32,000 bases of DNA from Pyrodictium abyssi (GCF_036323395.1 NZ_AP028907.1:150001-182000), one strand, 5' to 3'; positions 9,652 through 20,516 are shown, counted from the stretch's first letter. Numbers and translations: made by a program. The notes: generated by a model from the sequence alone, not told the origin.

Positions 9652-12297
9652 TTACACCCTCCAGCCTATCACACGCTCAATCTCGCGGTCAATATCCACA
9701 GCCTTGCCGTGAGCACTCTTCATAGGGTCTACACCGTCTTCGCCGTACACGAACTGCAGTATCTCGCCCTGTGGCGTCCTCACAGTGCCGTCGTATTCGA
9801 CGCGTAGGTCCTGTAGCGCGTTTATCAGCCTCCTCTGCATGTAGCCGCTCTGCGATGTACGTACAGCAGTGTCTACCAGACCCTCGCGGCCACCTGCTGC
9901 GTGGAAGAACACCTCTAGCGGCGTCAAGCCGTCGTAGAAGCTCGAGTAGACGAAGCCCCTAGCAGCTGGGCCTAGATCTCCTGGCCTGAAGTGTGGCAGG
10001 AAGCGGCCGCGATAGCCGCGGTGTATACGCTCGCCGCGCACCGATTGCTGGCCTAGTAGGGCGGCCATCTGGGTTATGTTGAGCTCGTTACCTCTAGCAC
10101 CGGTACGGGCCATAATGTACACGTTGTTGAATGGGTCTAGGTAGTTTACTACTACGTCTTCTACCTTCTTACGTGCCTCCGAGAGCACATCAAGTATACG
10201 TAGCTCTAGGGATTCCTCCATTGTGCGGCCTGGAACGGGCTCGAGCTTGCCCTGCTTGTAGATCTCTATTAGCTCGTATACCCTCTTCTCTGCCTCTTTT
10301 AGTATCTCGCGTATCTTCTCCTTAGCCTCCTTCGGCAGCGCTACGTCGTCAACGGTCATCGTGAAGCCCCTCTTCTCTATGAACCTTATGAACATCTTGA
10401 ACATGTTGTCGTACACGAAGCGCGCGTAGTCGGTACCGTACTCCTTTATGAGCCAGTGCATCATGTTCCTGGGCTGCTCGGTGCCTATCGCCTTCTTGTC
10501 AAGGACGCCTGTCAGCAGCTCGCCCTTCTTTATGGTTATGAACGAGTCGTTCCAGCACCACTCGTCCTCGCAGAGGAATATACCGGCGGCTACACGGGCC
10601 TTTCCACGGAAGTTGAACTCCTTGGGGAGGAAGAGGCTTATCAGCTGCTTGCCGGTCCAGCGCTTCTTAGGCGATAGGATGGCCGGCTCTGGTATCTCGC
10701 CGCGGTAGCCTGCGGCAGAGAGCAGGTCTACTACGTCCTCCTGCGAGAGTAGTGTTGCCTTGCTAGTGAGCAGATAGGCGCCGCTTATGTAGTCCTGGAG
10801 ACCGCCTATGATGGGGCCACCGTAGCGTGGGGAGAGTATGTGGTACTGTACTAGCATTAGCTCACGTGCTTCTGCCTGCGCCTCCTCTGTGCGTGGCACG
10901 TGTAGGTTCATCTCGTCGCCGTCGAAGTCAGCGTTGTACGGCGGGCATACGAGTAGGTTGAGGCGGAACGTCTTACCCGGCAGCACCTTGACTATGTGGG
11001 CCATTATCGACATGCGGTGGAGGCTTGGCTGCCGGTTGAACAGCACTACATCGCCGTCGCGTAGGTGTCTCTCCACGTACCAGCCTGGTTCTAGCATCTC
11101 CGCTATACGCTTGCGGTCGGCATAGCGTAGGTCTATCTTACGCCCGTCCTTTGTTATGACGTAGTTAGCGCCGGGCCAGCGCTCGGGGCCGTTGAGCACG
11201 TAGCGGCGCATCTCTTCTATGTTCCAGGGGGTTACGGGTACTCTCACTGTAAGCGTCTTAGCTATGTCTACAGGCACTCCTACCTCGTTGATGCTTATGT
11301 TGGGGTCCGGCGATATGACTGTACGTGCTGAGTAGTCTACACGCTTACCACTGAGGTTGCCACGGAAACGGCCCTCCTTACCCTTCAGCCTCTGAGCGAT
11401 ACCCTTCAGCGGGCGCCCGCCACGGTGCCTGGCAACGGGTATACGCGGGAGCTCGTTGTCGATGTAGGTCGCTACGTGGTACTGGAGTAGGAGCCAGTGC
11501 TCGTCTATAAGCGCTTGTGGGGCACCGCTCTCTAGCAGCTCGCGTAGCCTCTCGTTTGTACGGACAATGTCCGCGAGCTTGTGGGTTAGGTCGTCCTCAG
11601 CCCTTATGCCCGTCTCTAGCACTATTGATGGGCGTACATGTATCGGGGGCACGGGTAGTACTGTTAGGACCATCCACTCTGGCCTGGCCTCCTCCGGATC
11701 TAGGCCTAGGAGCCGTGCATCATCGTTGGTTATCCTCTCTAGCCGCGTCCTTACCTCGAGCGGGTTCATCTGTACACGGCCTTCGGGGCGCTCCTCGAAG
11801 AAGTTGTAGGGCTTCTCTAGCACCACCTTGTACTGGCGTTCGCCGCAGTGCGGGCACTCCGTGACCTTGGCGGCCTTCTTCTTGACCACTGTTACTAGCA
11901 GCTTTGCTAGGAGGGGCCAGCGCTTCTCCAGCCTCTCGAGTAGCCGGAGGTAGCGCTGTATCTCGTTCTCCGGTAGCAGTATGCGTCCACATCTCCTACA
12001 TGTAGCCCGGAGGGCGTCGTGTATCTGCTTAGCGAATCCCACGTGTATGACTGGGCGTGCTAGCTCTATATGGCCAAAGTGGCCTGGGCAGTGCTTTGCG
12101 TCATTGCCACAGGTGAGGCATACCTGGCCTGGCGCGATAGCGCCTAGCCTGGGGTCCATTAGGCCGCCCTGTATGGGGCGGCCGTCCTCGTCGTAGAGTT
12201 CGCTGGTAACTATGGCTGTGACTGACATGCTGCGTATCTCGTCTGGGGAGAGTATACCGAACTTTATCTCCTTGACTATCTTCTCCTCAAGCACCAT
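9652..12297 (-). CDS. rpoA1: DNA-directed RNA polymerase subunit A' (Rpo1N)
   Basis: The ORF is 881 aa. It has an N-terminal Zn motif (CLTCG...[10 protein letters not shown]) and the catalytic [12 protein letters not shown] motif. Confidence 0.98.
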   Translation of the reverse strand: MVLEEKIVKEIKFGILSPDEIRSMSVTAIVTSELYDEDGRPIQGGLMDPRLGAIAPGQVCLTCGNDAKHCPGHFGHIELARPVIHVGFAKQIHDALRATCRRCGRILLPENEIQRYLRLLERLEKRWPLLAKLLVTVVKKKAAKVTECPHCGERQYKVVLEKPYNFFEERPEGRVQMNPLEVRTRLERITNDDARLLGLDPEEARPEWMVLTVLPVPPIHVRPSIVLETGIRAEDDLTHKLADIVRTNERLRELLESGAPQALIDEHWLLLQYHVATYIDNELPRIPVARHRGGRPLKGIAQRLKGKEGRFRGNLSGKRVDYSARTVISPDPNISINEVGVPVDIAKTLTVRVPVTPWNIEEMRRYVLNGPERWPGANYVITKDGRKIDLRYADRKRIAEMLEPGWYVERHLRDGDVVLFNRQPSLHRMSIMAHIVKVLPGKTFRLNLLVCPPYNADFDGDEMNLHVPRTEEAQAEARELMLVQYHILSPRYGGPIIGGLQDYISGAYLLTSKATLLSQEDVVDLLSAAGYRGEIPEPAILSPKKRWTGKQLISLFLPKEFNFRGKARVAAGIFLCEDEWCWNDSFITIKKGELLTGVLDKKAIGTEQPRNMMHWLIKEYGTDYARFVYDNMFKMFIRFIEKRGFTMTVDDVALPKEAKEKIREILKEAEKRVYELIEIYKQGKLEPVPGRTMEESLELRILDVLSEARKKVEDVVVNYLDPFNNVYIMARTGARGNELNITQMAALLGQQSVRGERIHRGYRGRFLPHFRPGDLGPAARGFVYSSFYDGLTPLEVFFHAAGGREGLVDTAVRTSQSGYMQRRLINALQDLRVEYDGTVRTPQGEILQFVYGEDGVDPMKSAHGKAVDIDREIERVIGWRV

Positions 12298-12299
12298 TG

Positions 12300-15200
12300 T
12301 TACTCACCCTGGGGCCTCCACTCGTGCTTAGGCGCGAGGCGGAGCCTGGGCATTACACACATGCTCATCATCTCCTGGAGGAGGAGCTTGAAGGCGTAGG
12401 GCACCGTGACGGCCGAGATCTTGCCGCGGTCGCCGTGCACCGGGCATATATACTTCCTCTTGTTGCGGTCGAACCACGCTATGTGGCCACACTTCTCGCA
12501 GACGTACATCACGTAGCGGTCGCTGCTCTCTAGCATACGCTCGCGTAGCAGCATAGCCGCGCCATGGCCTATGAGACAGTCGCGCTCCATCTCACCGAAC
12601 CTTAGACCGCCCTCGCGCGCACGGCCCTCGGTGGGCTGCCTTGTCAGCACCTGGACTGGGCCCCTGGCGCGTGCATGCATCTTGTCTGCTACCATGTGGT
12701 GTAGCTTCTGGTAGTACACTACACCGATGAGTATCGGGTTGCGGAGCAGCTCTCCGGTACGGCCGTCATACATGAGCTCGGTACCGTCGGGCGCGTAACC
12801 AGCCTTCAGTAGCTCTATCTTGAGGTTCTCGACCGGCTCCTTAGCGAAGGGTGTACCATCGACCAGTCGCCCATATACTGCCGCGTACTTGCCCGCTATA
12901 GCCTCGAAGAGCTGGCCCAGGGTCATTCGCGATGGGAATGCGTGCGGGTTGATTATGAGGTCCGGCGATATACCGTCCTCGGTGAATGGCATGTCGTACT
13001 GCGGGATTAGCATACCTATTACGCCCTTCTGGCCGTGGCGCGACGCGAACTTGTCGCCCAGCTCTGGTATACGCTGGTCACGGACACGCACCTTGATGAG
13101 TTTGAAGCCCTCTATGTTCTCTGTGAGTATCACTGTGTCCACGAAGCCCTTCTCGCCATGCCTCATTGTCACGGATGTGTCGCGGCGCCTGACGGATACT
13201 GTGCCGAACTCGCGGTACTCCTCCATGAATCTCGGCGGGCTAGTCTTGCCTATCAGCACCTCACCGCCAGTCACCTCTACCTCTGGGCTTATGATGCCGT
13301 CTGCGTCGAGCTTACGGTACATCTCCGGCGGCTTAGAGCCCTCTACGTTGGCTTCGGGCTTCTCTACCTTGTCGCTGAGGCCTCCAGCATAGCGGCGCTC
13401 TTCCGTAACGTAGAGGCGGAAGAAGGTTGAGCGTGCCAGGCCGCGCTCTATTGACGACTTGTTCATGATTATAGCGTCCTCGATGTTGTAGCCGGTGAAC
13501 GACATTACTGCTACTATCATGTTCTGCCCGGCCGGGCGGTCGTTGAAGCCTATCACGTCTAGTGTACGTGTCTGCACTAGCGGCTTCTCGGGATAGTGTA
13601 GCAAGTGTGCGCGGGTGTCTACACGTATCTGGTAGTTGGCGGCGTAGAGGCCTAGTGCCTGCTTGGCCATTGCCGCTTGGTAGGTGTTACGTGGCGACTG
13701 GTTGTGCTCGGCATAGGGTATGGTGCTCGCTGTTACGCCCACTATTGCTGCAGGCCATATCTCCATGTGGGTGTGCTCTGGCGTTAGGTCCTCTGGGTTG
13801 AGTGCTATGTAACTGTTCTCTTCCTCATCGGCATCCAGTAGCTCTACTATGCCGTGGCGTAGGAGGTCTGTGAACCTCCACTCGCCTCTGCGTAGCTTCT
13901 CGGCGTGCTCTGGGCTGTATACTAGCTTGCCGTTTTCGACTACGAAGACTGGGCGTAGTATGCGGCCCTGATCTGTGTTTATATATACCTCGTTGATGTG
14001 CTCGGTCTTGTATACGGAGACGTTAACGTCGGGAGGTATCTTGCCGCTACGTCTTAGCCTGCGTATCTCCTGGGCTAGTGTCTCGCCGTCTGGGTGGTAG
14101 CCGATGAGCTTACCGTTGAGGAACACTTTGCTCCACTGTTGCAGCTCTGGCGGGTAGTATCCTACCTTGCGTACCTCATTGAATATCTCTACTGCGTCGC
14201 GTACACCCATATCGTAGAGGATTTTCTCTACTTCCTCCTCACTTACACCGGGAGACACGTAGGACATCAGCGAGAGATTCTTGACGAGACCACAGTTGGG
14301 GCCTTCGGGGGTCTCGAATGGACATATCCTGCCCCACTGCGTGCCATGGACGTCACGGGCCTCGAAGTGCGGCTGGCTACGGCTCAGCTGCGAGACTACA
14401 CGGCGGAGATGGCTCAACATTGATAGCCAGTTTGTACGGTCTAGTATCTGGCTTACGCCGGTGCGCTGGCCAGGCCAGTTACCCGTCGCGAGTGCCTCGC
14501 GGAGGCGGTTGGTTATTATGTCAGAGCGTATAACCATGCGGACGCTTACATGCCTGCCGCGTGCACGTAGCTTCTCTAGCTGCTGTCTTACATCGTAAGC
14601 TAGAGCCCTCATAGCTATACGGAACACCATAGCTATGAGGTCGCCTGCGAGTAGGACACGCTTGTTGGCATAGTGGTCCTTGTCGTCCTCGCCGCGGCGT
14701 CCAAGCACGTACTCGAGTAGCTTTGCGGCCATCTGGCCGAGGAAGAGCGCCTTCTGTAGACGGGCTTCCGGCTTTGTGCCTATGTGGGGTAACAGTATGT
14801 AGTCGAGGACTCTCTCAGCTACACGTATACGCTGCTCGCGCGGCTTACCGATACCCTCGCGGAACCTGCTACCTATGAAGTCTAGTGCATCCTCTACAGT
14901 GTTTATTGCACGTGCTTGCTCTAGGGAGGGTATGAGCATCTGCTGTATCTGGGGGTCAGGGCTTATTGCCAGGACTATGTCACGGTCGCTCTCGAGGCCT
15001 AGGGCGCGCATGAGAATTATGAAAGGTATCTTGCTGAGGGCGCGACTCATTGAGACGTGTAGTGTACCGTCCTTGTGCATGTCGAGGATGAGCTGGTAGC
15101 GTACGCCAGCATGCGAGGATATGACCTTGGCCGTGTACACTGCGCTACCAGTACCAGCCCTGGCCTTACCCACGAGTATCCTGTTGAGAGCTTGATCCTC

Positions 15201-15731
15201 CTGGATGACTACCACACGCTCAGAGCCGTTGATTATAAAGTAGCCTCCGGGGTCGCGGGGGTCCTCTCCCGCCTCTATTAGTATACGCTCACACTCCTCT
15301 CTTGGGCCGCCCTCGTAGAAGCACTTTGCTAGCGGGTCGGCCTTGGAGCGTAGCATTACCGGGAGGAAACCGAGGATTATGTCCTCCGGTTCACGCTCTA
15401 TACCGTTCTCGACTATCACAACCTTGGCTTTTATCGGCGCTGCGTACGTTAGGTCGCGGATCCGACACTCCATGGGCGTTACCGGGTGCTCGCTCCCATC
15501 GCTCTCCATAACCATTGGCTCGCCTAGCTCTACGTCTACTATGCGTACCTCGTACTCTCGTCTAGGTGTCGCTATTACTCCAAACTCCTTCACTATCTCC
15601 TTGAGCTCTTTCTCGACGAACCTGTTATACGAGTCTATGTGCTGCTTGACAAGCCCAAACTCGTCGATAAACGCCTTCATTACAAGCCATCTATCCTCTA
15701 CCGTGGGGAATGTTGCCTGAGCCAGTATCAA
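12300..15731 (-). CDS. rpoB: DNA-directed RNA polymerase subunit B (unsplit, Rpo2)
   Basis: The ORF is 1143 aa. It contains ...[13 protein letters not shown]..., ...PFAKEP... and a C-terminal Zn ribbon (CEKCGHIAW...YICPVHG). A single unsplit B subunit is the crenarchaeal arrangement. The start is TTG. Confidence 0.98.
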   Translation of the reverse strand: MILAQATFPTVEDRWLVMKAFIDEFGLVKQHIDSYNRFVEKELKEIVKEFGVIATPRREYEVRIVDVELGEPMVMESDGSEHPVTPMECRIRDLTYAAPIKAKVVIVENGIEREPEDIILGFLPVMLRSKADPLAKCFYEGGPREECERILIEAGEDPRDPGGYFIINGSERVVVIQEDQALNRILVGKARAGTGSAVYTAKVISSHAGVRYQLILDMHKDGTLHVSMSRALSKIPFIILMRALGLESDRDIVLAISPDPQIQQMLIPSLEQARAINTVEDALDFIGSRFREGIGKPREQRIRVAERVLDYILLPHIGTKPEARLQKALFLGQMAAKLLEYVLGRRGEDDKDHYANKRVLLAGDLIAMVFRIAMRALAYDVRQQLEKLRARGRHVSVRMVIRSDIITNRLREALATGNWPGQRTGVSQILDRTNWLSMLSHLRRVVSQLSRSQPHFEARDVHGTQWGRICPFETPEGPNCGLVKNLSLMSYVSPGVSEEEVEKILYDMGVRDAVEIFNEVRKVGYYPPELQQWSKVFLNGKLIGYHPDGETLAQEIRRLRRSGKIPPDVNVSVYKTEHINEVYINTDQGRILRPVFVVENGKLVYSPEHAEKLRRGEWRFTDLLRHGIVELLDADEEENSYIALNPEDLTPEHTHMEIWPAAIVGVTASTIPYAEHNQSPRNTYQAAMAKQALGLYAANYQIRVDTRAHLLHYPEKPLVQTRTLDVIGFNDRPAGQNMIVAVMSFTGYNIEDAIIMNKSSIERGLARSTFFRLYVTEERRYAGGLSDKVEKPEANVEGSKPPEMYRKLDADGIISPEVEVTGGEVLIGKTSPPRFMEEYREFGTVSVRRRDTSVTMRHGEKGFVDTVILTENIEGFKLIKVRVRDQRIPELGDKFASRHGQKGVIGMLIPQYDMPFTEDGISPDLIINPHAFPSRMTLGQLFEAIAGKYAAVYGRLVDGTPFAKEPVENLKIELLKAGYAPDGTELMYDGRTGELLRNPILIGVVYYQKLHHMVADKMHARARGPVQVLTRQPTEGRAREGGLRFGEMERDCLIGHGAAMLLRERMLESSDRYVMYVCEKCGHIAWFDRNKRKYICPVHGDRGKISAVTVPYAFKLLLQEMMSMCVMPRLRLAPKHEWRPQGE

Positions 15732-15824
15732 TCACCCCTTTCAGCGTTATGGAGCAGGTTAAGCGAGAGCATGGATGATGACAAAACACAGTAGATACAA
15801 GCTAGCATACTACGTGTCACCGCC

Positions 15825-16076
15825 TTAGTAGCCCACAACATAGCGGTAGACTACTACCTCGCCGGAGGTAGGGCTCTTCCTATAAATCCTTACAATGTCG
15901 CCGGGTTTAGCCCCTATAGCCCTGGCTACAGGGTCAGTCACACGTAGCCAGGGCAACTGTTCGGGCCTTATACCGAGTTCACGTAGTATACGAGCCGCCT
16001 CGTGGGGAGGCACAACCTCGTGCCGAGGAACAAGCTCGTGCTCGAGTATGTTGAATTTCTTCTTCTGCCGCGCCAT
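15825..16076 (-). CDS. rpoH: DNA-directed RNA polymerase subunit H (Rpo5)
   Basis: The sequence [22 protein letters not shown]...[49 protein letters not shown] is the RpoH/Rpb5 C-domain. The tracked ORF extends to ATG 16109, but the 83-aa product from ATG 16076 fits the usual length. Confidence 0.93.
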   Translation of the reverse strand: MARQKKKFNILEHELVPRHEVVPPHEAARILRELGIRPEQLPWLRVTDPVARAIGAKPGDIVRIYRKSPTSGEVVVYRYVVGY

Positions 16077-16159
16077 AACCGCCACCCCATATAAGGAGGC
16101 TAGAAACATTACGGGAGTAGCACGTATCTTTGGCGTCTATTACCGATGTGCCTGGTCAG

Positions 16160-16348
16160 TTAGCGGAGGCGGACTCTATTCACCTTCTTGTTCATCCACG
16201 AGTAGCGGCGTAGCCTCCTACTCCTCCCATAGCCGCATGCAGCGCAGTACCCCTTGGCTGCATGGTAAGAGTGTCGCCCACAACGCGGGCACCGTATATG
16301 TGTGTAGTTCTTGCTCATTTTACCGAAGGAAGGAGTACCCTTACTCAC
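16160..16348 (-). CDS. rpl37e: 50S ribosomal protein L37e (eL37)
   Basis: The sequence (M)[50 protein letters not shown] carries a C4 zinc ribbon. GGAGGTG lies 8 nt upstream of GTG 16348, whereas the tracked start at 16357 lies inside that SD. Confidence 0.93.
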   Translation of the reverse strand: MSKGTPSFGKMSKNYTHIRCPRCGRHSYHAAKGYCAACGYGRSRRLRRYSWMNKKVNRVRLR

Positions 16349-16401
16349 GGCACACACCTCCGTACTACTGGGATATGATGCTCCATAAGCATCTAGACGC
16401 C

Positions 16402-16629
16402 TTAGAACTGGGCCGGCGATATGAGAAGCACCGTGTCGCCACGTATCACTATAGTCCCCAGCTTTCTCGTGCGACCATCCTCGTATACTTCCTCAGCGTC
16501 TTCTAGCACAAGGTTCAGATGCTGGTCATAGCTCTTGAGCTTACCCCTGACCTCGTTCGCATCCTTCAGCTTTACTAGGACTATGCTACCTATGTTGTCC
16601 CCGAGAACACGGTGCGTCGTCTCGGCCAT
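16402..16629 (-). CDS. Sm-like archaeal protein (LSm/SmAP)
   Basis: The ORF is 75 aa. Sm1 is ...[31 protein letters not shown] and Sm2 is ...[15 protein letters not shown]. Confidence 0.92.
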   Translation of the reverse strand: MAETTHRVLGDNIGSIVLVKLKDANEVRGKLKSYDQHLNLVLEDAEEVYEDGRTRKLGTIVIRGDTVLLISPAQF

Positions 16630-16667
16630 CCCGCTGCTGCACCCCAGGCAGGGGCAAACTCAGGGGG

Positions 16668-16677
16668 CTTTATAGGG
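16668..16677. promoter_or_regulatory. Single TATA-like element (CTTTATAGGG) centred between the divergent LSm and PUA genes
   Basis: The core TTTATA at 16669-16674 lies about 40-45 nt from the LSm ATG (16629) and about 47-52 nt from the PUA GTG (16721). No other AT-rich box is present in the 91-nt spacer. Confidence 0.35.
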
Positions 16678-16720
16678 AATTCTCTCCCTACCTCCTTTAG
16701 CATTGGATGGTGGCTAAGCG

Positions 16721-17206
16721 GTGCGTAGATGGGTGCTCTCCAAGAAGGATAGGAAACAGCTAGTGAAGCAGTTGACAGAACTATATCCCCGCCTCGATGT
16801 GTCGCTTATAAACGACGTTGAGATCGTCGTCGAAGACGATATCAAGCTATACATAGTCAATAACATCCCCACGTTTATAGATATAGACGGTATGTTAATT
16901 CCACACCTTAAACTGCTACTACGCCACGGCTATAGGGAATGGCTGCCGTACATCGTGGTAGACCAGGGGGCTGTTAGGCCTATATCCCGTGGAGCGGACT
17001 TGATGAGACCAGGCATACAGGAAATACCCACAGAGTTTGAGAGAAACTCCGTAGTCGTCATAGCTGAGCCTTCGAGACAGTTACCGCTAGCCGTACACCA
17101 GTCCCTCTATAGCAGCCAAGAAATAGCCGCTATGGAGAAGGGGAGAGTCACAAAGAAGCTGCATAACCTGGGAGACCGCTTCTGGAAGTTCGCGGAAACG
17201 CTTTAG
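16721..17206 (+). CDS. PUA-domain RNA-binding protein (Tma20/MCT-1-like, COG2016-type)
   Basis: The ORF is 161 aa. The C-terminal half, ...VVDQGAVRPISRGADLMRPGI...VVVIAEPSRQLPLAVHQSLYSSQEI..MEKGRV, has the PUA pattern. Its stop overlaps the convergent aCPSF1 stop by 4 nt. Confidence 0.75.
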   Translation: MRRWVLSKKDRKQLVKQLTELYPRLDVSLINDVEIVVEDDIKLYIVNNIPTFIDIDGMLIPHLKLLLRHGYREWLPYIVVDQGAVRPISRGADLMRPGIQEIPTEFERNSVVVIAEPSRQLPLAVHQSLYSSQEIAAMEKGRVTKKLHNLGDRFWKFAETL

Positions 17207-19149
17207 GCGTGCCCGGCTACGTGGAGCGAATCGAGTACTGACGGTGTGTATACGCGCACGTCCGGTAAGCCTAGGTGTTTACTCTTCCTTCTTATTGCCT
17301 CGGCTAGAGAGTGTATCGCCTGGGGCTCACCGTGGTTTAGTATTATGTTCTTTGGCTTTGGCTTTATGTTGGCTAGGAACGCGAGCAGCTGACGTCGGTC
17401 AGAGTGGCCCGAGAATCCGTCTATCGACTTTACTTCCATGTTTATCTTAACTAGCTCTAGCCTACCGTCATCACCCACCATTGTTATCTCGCGTTCACCG
17501 TCGAGTATCCTTCTGCCCAGGGTTCCCTTTGCCTGGTAGCTTACGAATACGAGTGTGTTCTTTGGGTCGTTTGCAAGCATTCGTAGATACTCTACGGAGG
17601 GGCCACCGTTCAACATACCAGCCGTTGCCAGTATAACCGCTGGCTCGTCCGACTTGGCAATATCTTCGCGCATTTGTTTACCCTCTACACGTATGACGTT
17701 CTCGTGGTCAAATGGGTTCTCGTCACGCAGTATACGTGATCTCACCTGCGCTGATAGCAGCTCGGGGTAGGTCAGGTGTATCGCTGTCACCTCGCGTATA
17801 CTGCCATCTATGTACACCTTTGTCTCCTTGGGGAGAAGTTTCCGGTTAAGCGCGTCCACAAGCACTAGTAGTATCTCCTGCGCACGACCAACAGCCATTA
17901 CAGGTATGAGCACCTTACCCTTCCTTGCTATTGTGCGGCTTATCGTACTTATCAGCTCTAGCTCGGCAACATCCCTGCGAGGCTGATCCCTATCGCCGTA
18001 GGTGCTCTCCATTATCAACGTCTCTATGCGCGGGAACACTGTGTTAGCTTTGTCTAGTAGCCTTGTCCTACCGAACTTGAAGTCGCCCGTATAGACTATG
18101 TTGTGCAGACCTTCACCCACATGTAGATGCGCCATTGCCGAGCCTAGTATGTGGCCAGCATTGTAGAACGTGAGCTTGATATCCGGCGCTATGTCAGTTA
18201 CCTCGCCATAGTCGAGAGGTATAGTGTGCAGTATCATCTTCTTTACTTCGAGCTGTGTGTATGGCGGCTTCTGGTTACCACGCTGCATTATGTCCAGGAG
18301 GTCTAGCTGGAGAAGCACCATTAGGTCTCTTGTGGGCTTTGTCACGTATACTGGGCCCCGGTAGCCGTACTTGAAGAGGTATGGTACGAGTCCCATATGG
18401 TCTAGATGGGCGTGCGTCACTACTACTGCATCTAGTTCCTCTGGCTTTAGCTGCTCTATGTCAAGGCGTGGATAGAAGCTGAATCCGTCTCCACCTGGGT
18501 TTATACCGACGTCGAGCAGGACGCGGCTTTCACCTGTCTCTACAAGTATTGCTGAGCGGCCAACCTCCATAAAGCCTCCAAGGCCTGTTATCCTGACGTA
18601 CCGGTTCTCGAATATTACTCCACGGTGTATACGCTCGCCGCTTCTTCTTAGGAAGTTTAACCGATAGCTACTCTGCGACAACATGTAGTCTATTATCTTG
18701 TTGAGCGTGTCCAAGTCGCGTTGGTCTACTGGCGGCACCCTTACCACGTTCAGCCGCCATCCCGTCTCCGCTAGAATCTTGTTGTATATGGAGCGGCCCT
18801 TACCGTAGACTAGGCCTACTTTATGCGCTTTTACTATGACCTCGCCTAGAACATCGTCAAACTTTATCTCCTTTATCCCAGCCTCAGCCGGGACGAGTTG
18901 CTTGATTATCTCTTCAGTCTCCTTCTTACTTCTACGTATGGACGGGTCTGTACGTATTACTATACGCTTCTTTAGCTTTTTAGCAATATCTCTTGCTATC
19001 TCTGGATGCTCTGCAAGTATCTTAGGATTCCTTATATATATAGCTATCTCTGGACCCTCAAACTCTATACGCGATATCTGCACATCTTTAGGCATAAGTT
19101 GCGACATTATTGTCAGTACTATGTTCTTTACCTCGCTCCTCTTGTACAA
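17203..19149 (-). CDS. fttA: aCPSF1 (FttA): KH-KH + metallo-beta-lactamase + beta-CASP ribonuclease / transcription termination factor
   Basis: The ORF is 648 aa. The N-terminal KH region is ISRIEFEGPEIAIYIRNP. The MBL motif is VVVTHAHLDHMG. The overall length and architecture are those of archaeal CPSF1. The start is TTG. Confidence 0.93.
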   Translation of the reverse strand: MYKRSEVKNIVLTIMSQLMPKDVQISRIEFEGPEIAIYIRNPKILAEHPEIARDIAKKLKKRIVIRTDPSIRRSKKETEEIIKQLVPAEAGIKEIKFDDVLGEVIVKAHKVGLVYGKGRSIYNKILAETGWRLNVVRVPPVDQRDLDTLNKIIDYMLSQSSYRLNFLRRSGERIHRGVIFENRYVRITGLGGFMEVGRSAILVETGESRVLLDVGINPGGDGFSFYPRLDIEQLKPEELDAVVVTHAHLDHMGLVPYLFKYGYRGPVYVTKPTRDLMVLLQLDLLDIMQRGNQKPPYTQLEVKKMILHTIPLDYGEVTDIAPDIKLTFYNAGHILGSAMAHLHVGEGLHNIVYTGDFKFGRTRLLDKANTVFPRIETLIMESTYGDRDQPRRDVAELELISTISRTIARKGKVLIPVMAVGRAQEILLVLVDALNRKLLPKETKVYIDGSIREVTAIHLTYPELLSAQVRSRILRDENPFDHENVIRVEGKQMREDIAKSDEPAVILATAGMLNGGPSVEYLRMLANDPKNTLVFVSYQAKGTLGRRILDGEREITMVGDDGRLELVKINMEVKSIDGFSGHSDRRQLLAFLANIKPKPKNIILNHGEPQAIHSLAEAIRRKSKHLGLPDVRVYTPSVLDSLHVAGHA

Positions 19150-19746
19150 CCCTCAGTTGCACCTCTCATGTACATAGTGCTCAATACATTAGGCTCAACA
19201 GCAGAGCCATGACACGTGAATAGTATCATGAACAACTGTATGGATGACCGTTGATGGAAATTGTGATATCCATTCACATGCTACCATGCCCACAACACCT
19301 AACCAGCATTACCGCACCAGCGTGGACGGCTATCATAGGGCCTATCTGCGCCTCCATTGCAGCCTTCATAACCCGGCTACCTCCAGAGCTTACAGAACTC
19401 TAGAGCAGCGATACGACTACCTCATAGTGAGCCAGATACGCGGATAGGCTGGCCAAGTGTAACCCCTATCACCTTTGCCCTGTTGTTGGGCTATGTACGC
19501 GGGGTAACTGGGATTACTCGAGCGCAGCGGATGAGCGTCTCTTGTGTTTCTTGGTTACACGGGTTCCTGGTACAGTAATCAATATGTTTCATAACATGCC
19601 ACTAAAATCTTAAGACTTGGGAGCTTAAACTTGAGGGTGTAGGGTATTAATCGCGTAAGAGAGCCTGGCACCATAATATTTCCAGCTCAGCTCTCCAGGT
19701 ATTATGTTTTACCCCAGGGATACTCCTCCTTGCGTTATGCACTGCT

Positions 19747-20421
19747 TTATGCTTTTTGCTTCTCGAGCTGTAGGGCCTCTGCTATTGTGTAGCGGTATTC
19801 TTTGAAGACGTCCTTTCCTATAACCACAATGTCTATGCCGTTGCCGCTAAAGGCGTCCCTTCTTGTGGCCGATAGTACCGCTCGTCGTGCAAGGTCTACC
19901 GCTTGTTCCACATCCATGTTTTCGTCATAACCATCCTCTATGACGCCTATAGCCGTAGGTGATCCGGAGCCCGTTGCTACATACTTCTCCTCTGTCACAC
20001 TGCCGTACCAATCAATGCTATAAAGTCTAGGTTGTGTATCGTACCCGCCGAGCAGCAGCTGAACTATATAGGGGAAGAACCTTGAAGAGTGCAGTATCGT
20101 TGCTAGGTACTGTGCTGCCGCGTGTACACTGAGCTTCTTCCTAGCTATCATGGCATAGTAGTGTGCGTGGTTTGATAGCCACTCTGCTAGTACCTGTGCG
20201 TCCGCCACGAGTCCTGCAGTGGTCATAGCCATATAGTCGGTCACTCTTATTATCTTACGTGTATGCTTATGAGCCACGTAGTAGCCTGCTGTAGCCCTTC
20301 TATCTGCTGCAAGGACTACATAGTCCTTCAGACGTATACCCACGGTCGTCGTACCATGGAGGCTCTTCTCGAGGGCTACAGTTATCCTATCTTCCGGGTT
20401 CACTAGGCCTCTGTGTATCAA
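19747..20421 (-). CDS. psmB: Proteasome subunit beta (catalytically competent type: propeptide then GTTT)
   Basis: The ORF is 224 aa. It contains ...SLHG|TTTVGIRLKDYVVLAADRRAT.. and GSGS further on, the typical Ntn-hydrolase beta subunit with Thr1. Confidence 0.93.
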   Translation of the reverse strand: MIHRGLVNPEDRITVALEKSLHGTTTVGIRLKDYVVLAADRRATAGYYVAHKHTRKIIRVTDYMAMTTAGLVADAQVLAEWLSNHAHYYAMIARKKLSVHAAAQYLATILHSSRFFPYIVQLLLGGYDTQPRLYSIDWYGSVTEEKYVATGSGSPTAIGVIEDGYDENMDVEQAVDLARRAVLSATRRDAFSGNGIDIVVIGKDVFKEYRYTIAEALQLEKQKA

Positions 20422-20460
20422 TACCTCTCTACCGTCTACGCTTATGCGGCTGGGCGGGAG

Positions 20461-20472
20461 TTTAATATTATT
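20461..20472. promoter_or_regulatory. Palindromic AT-rich TATA-like element (TTTAATATTATT) shared by divergent psmB and egsA
   Basis: The core TAATATTA (20463-20470) is its own reverse complement. It lies about 42-49 nt from the psmB TTG (20421) and about 47-54 nt from the egsA TTG (20517). Confidence 0.35.
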
Positions 20473-20484
20473 CCACGGAGGGCA

Positions 20485-20500
20485 GTGCCGCTAGCGGCAC
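20485..20500. promoter_or_regulatory. Perfect 16-bp palindrome GTGCCGCTAGCGGCAC between the TATA-like box and the egsA start
   Basis: The sequence equals its own reverse complement. It sits about 15-30 nt downstream of the TATA-like element, around the expected egsA transcription start. Confidence 0.3.
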
Positions 20501-20516
20501 GCGAGGATAGAGGCCC

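Noticed and set aside
12820-13392. A 190-aa plus-strand ORF, with many similar 60-130-aa ORFs antisense to rpoB, rpoA1, rpoA2, tuf, alaS and rplP0 (for example 4065..4514, 8468..8800, 15343..15720, 30029..30349)
   Set aside because: These are shadow ORFs lying entirely inside strongly conserved genes on the opposite strand. They are Ser/Arg/Pro/Leu-rich, as is typical of antisense frames in GC-rich coding DNA.
15775-15781. A perfect C-box-like ATGATGA on the plus strand in the rpoH-rpoB spacer, possibly a C/D box sRNA
   Set aside because: No D box (CTGA) or C'/D' motifs occur within about 100 nt downstream on that strand. It is most likely a chance heptamer.
19150-19746. The AT-richer spacer as a possible replication origin
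   Set aside because: I found no repeated ORB or mini-ORB-like element (such as a ..CCAGTGGAAA..-type repeat) and no adjacent cdc6/orc1 gene. This remains untested rather than excluded.
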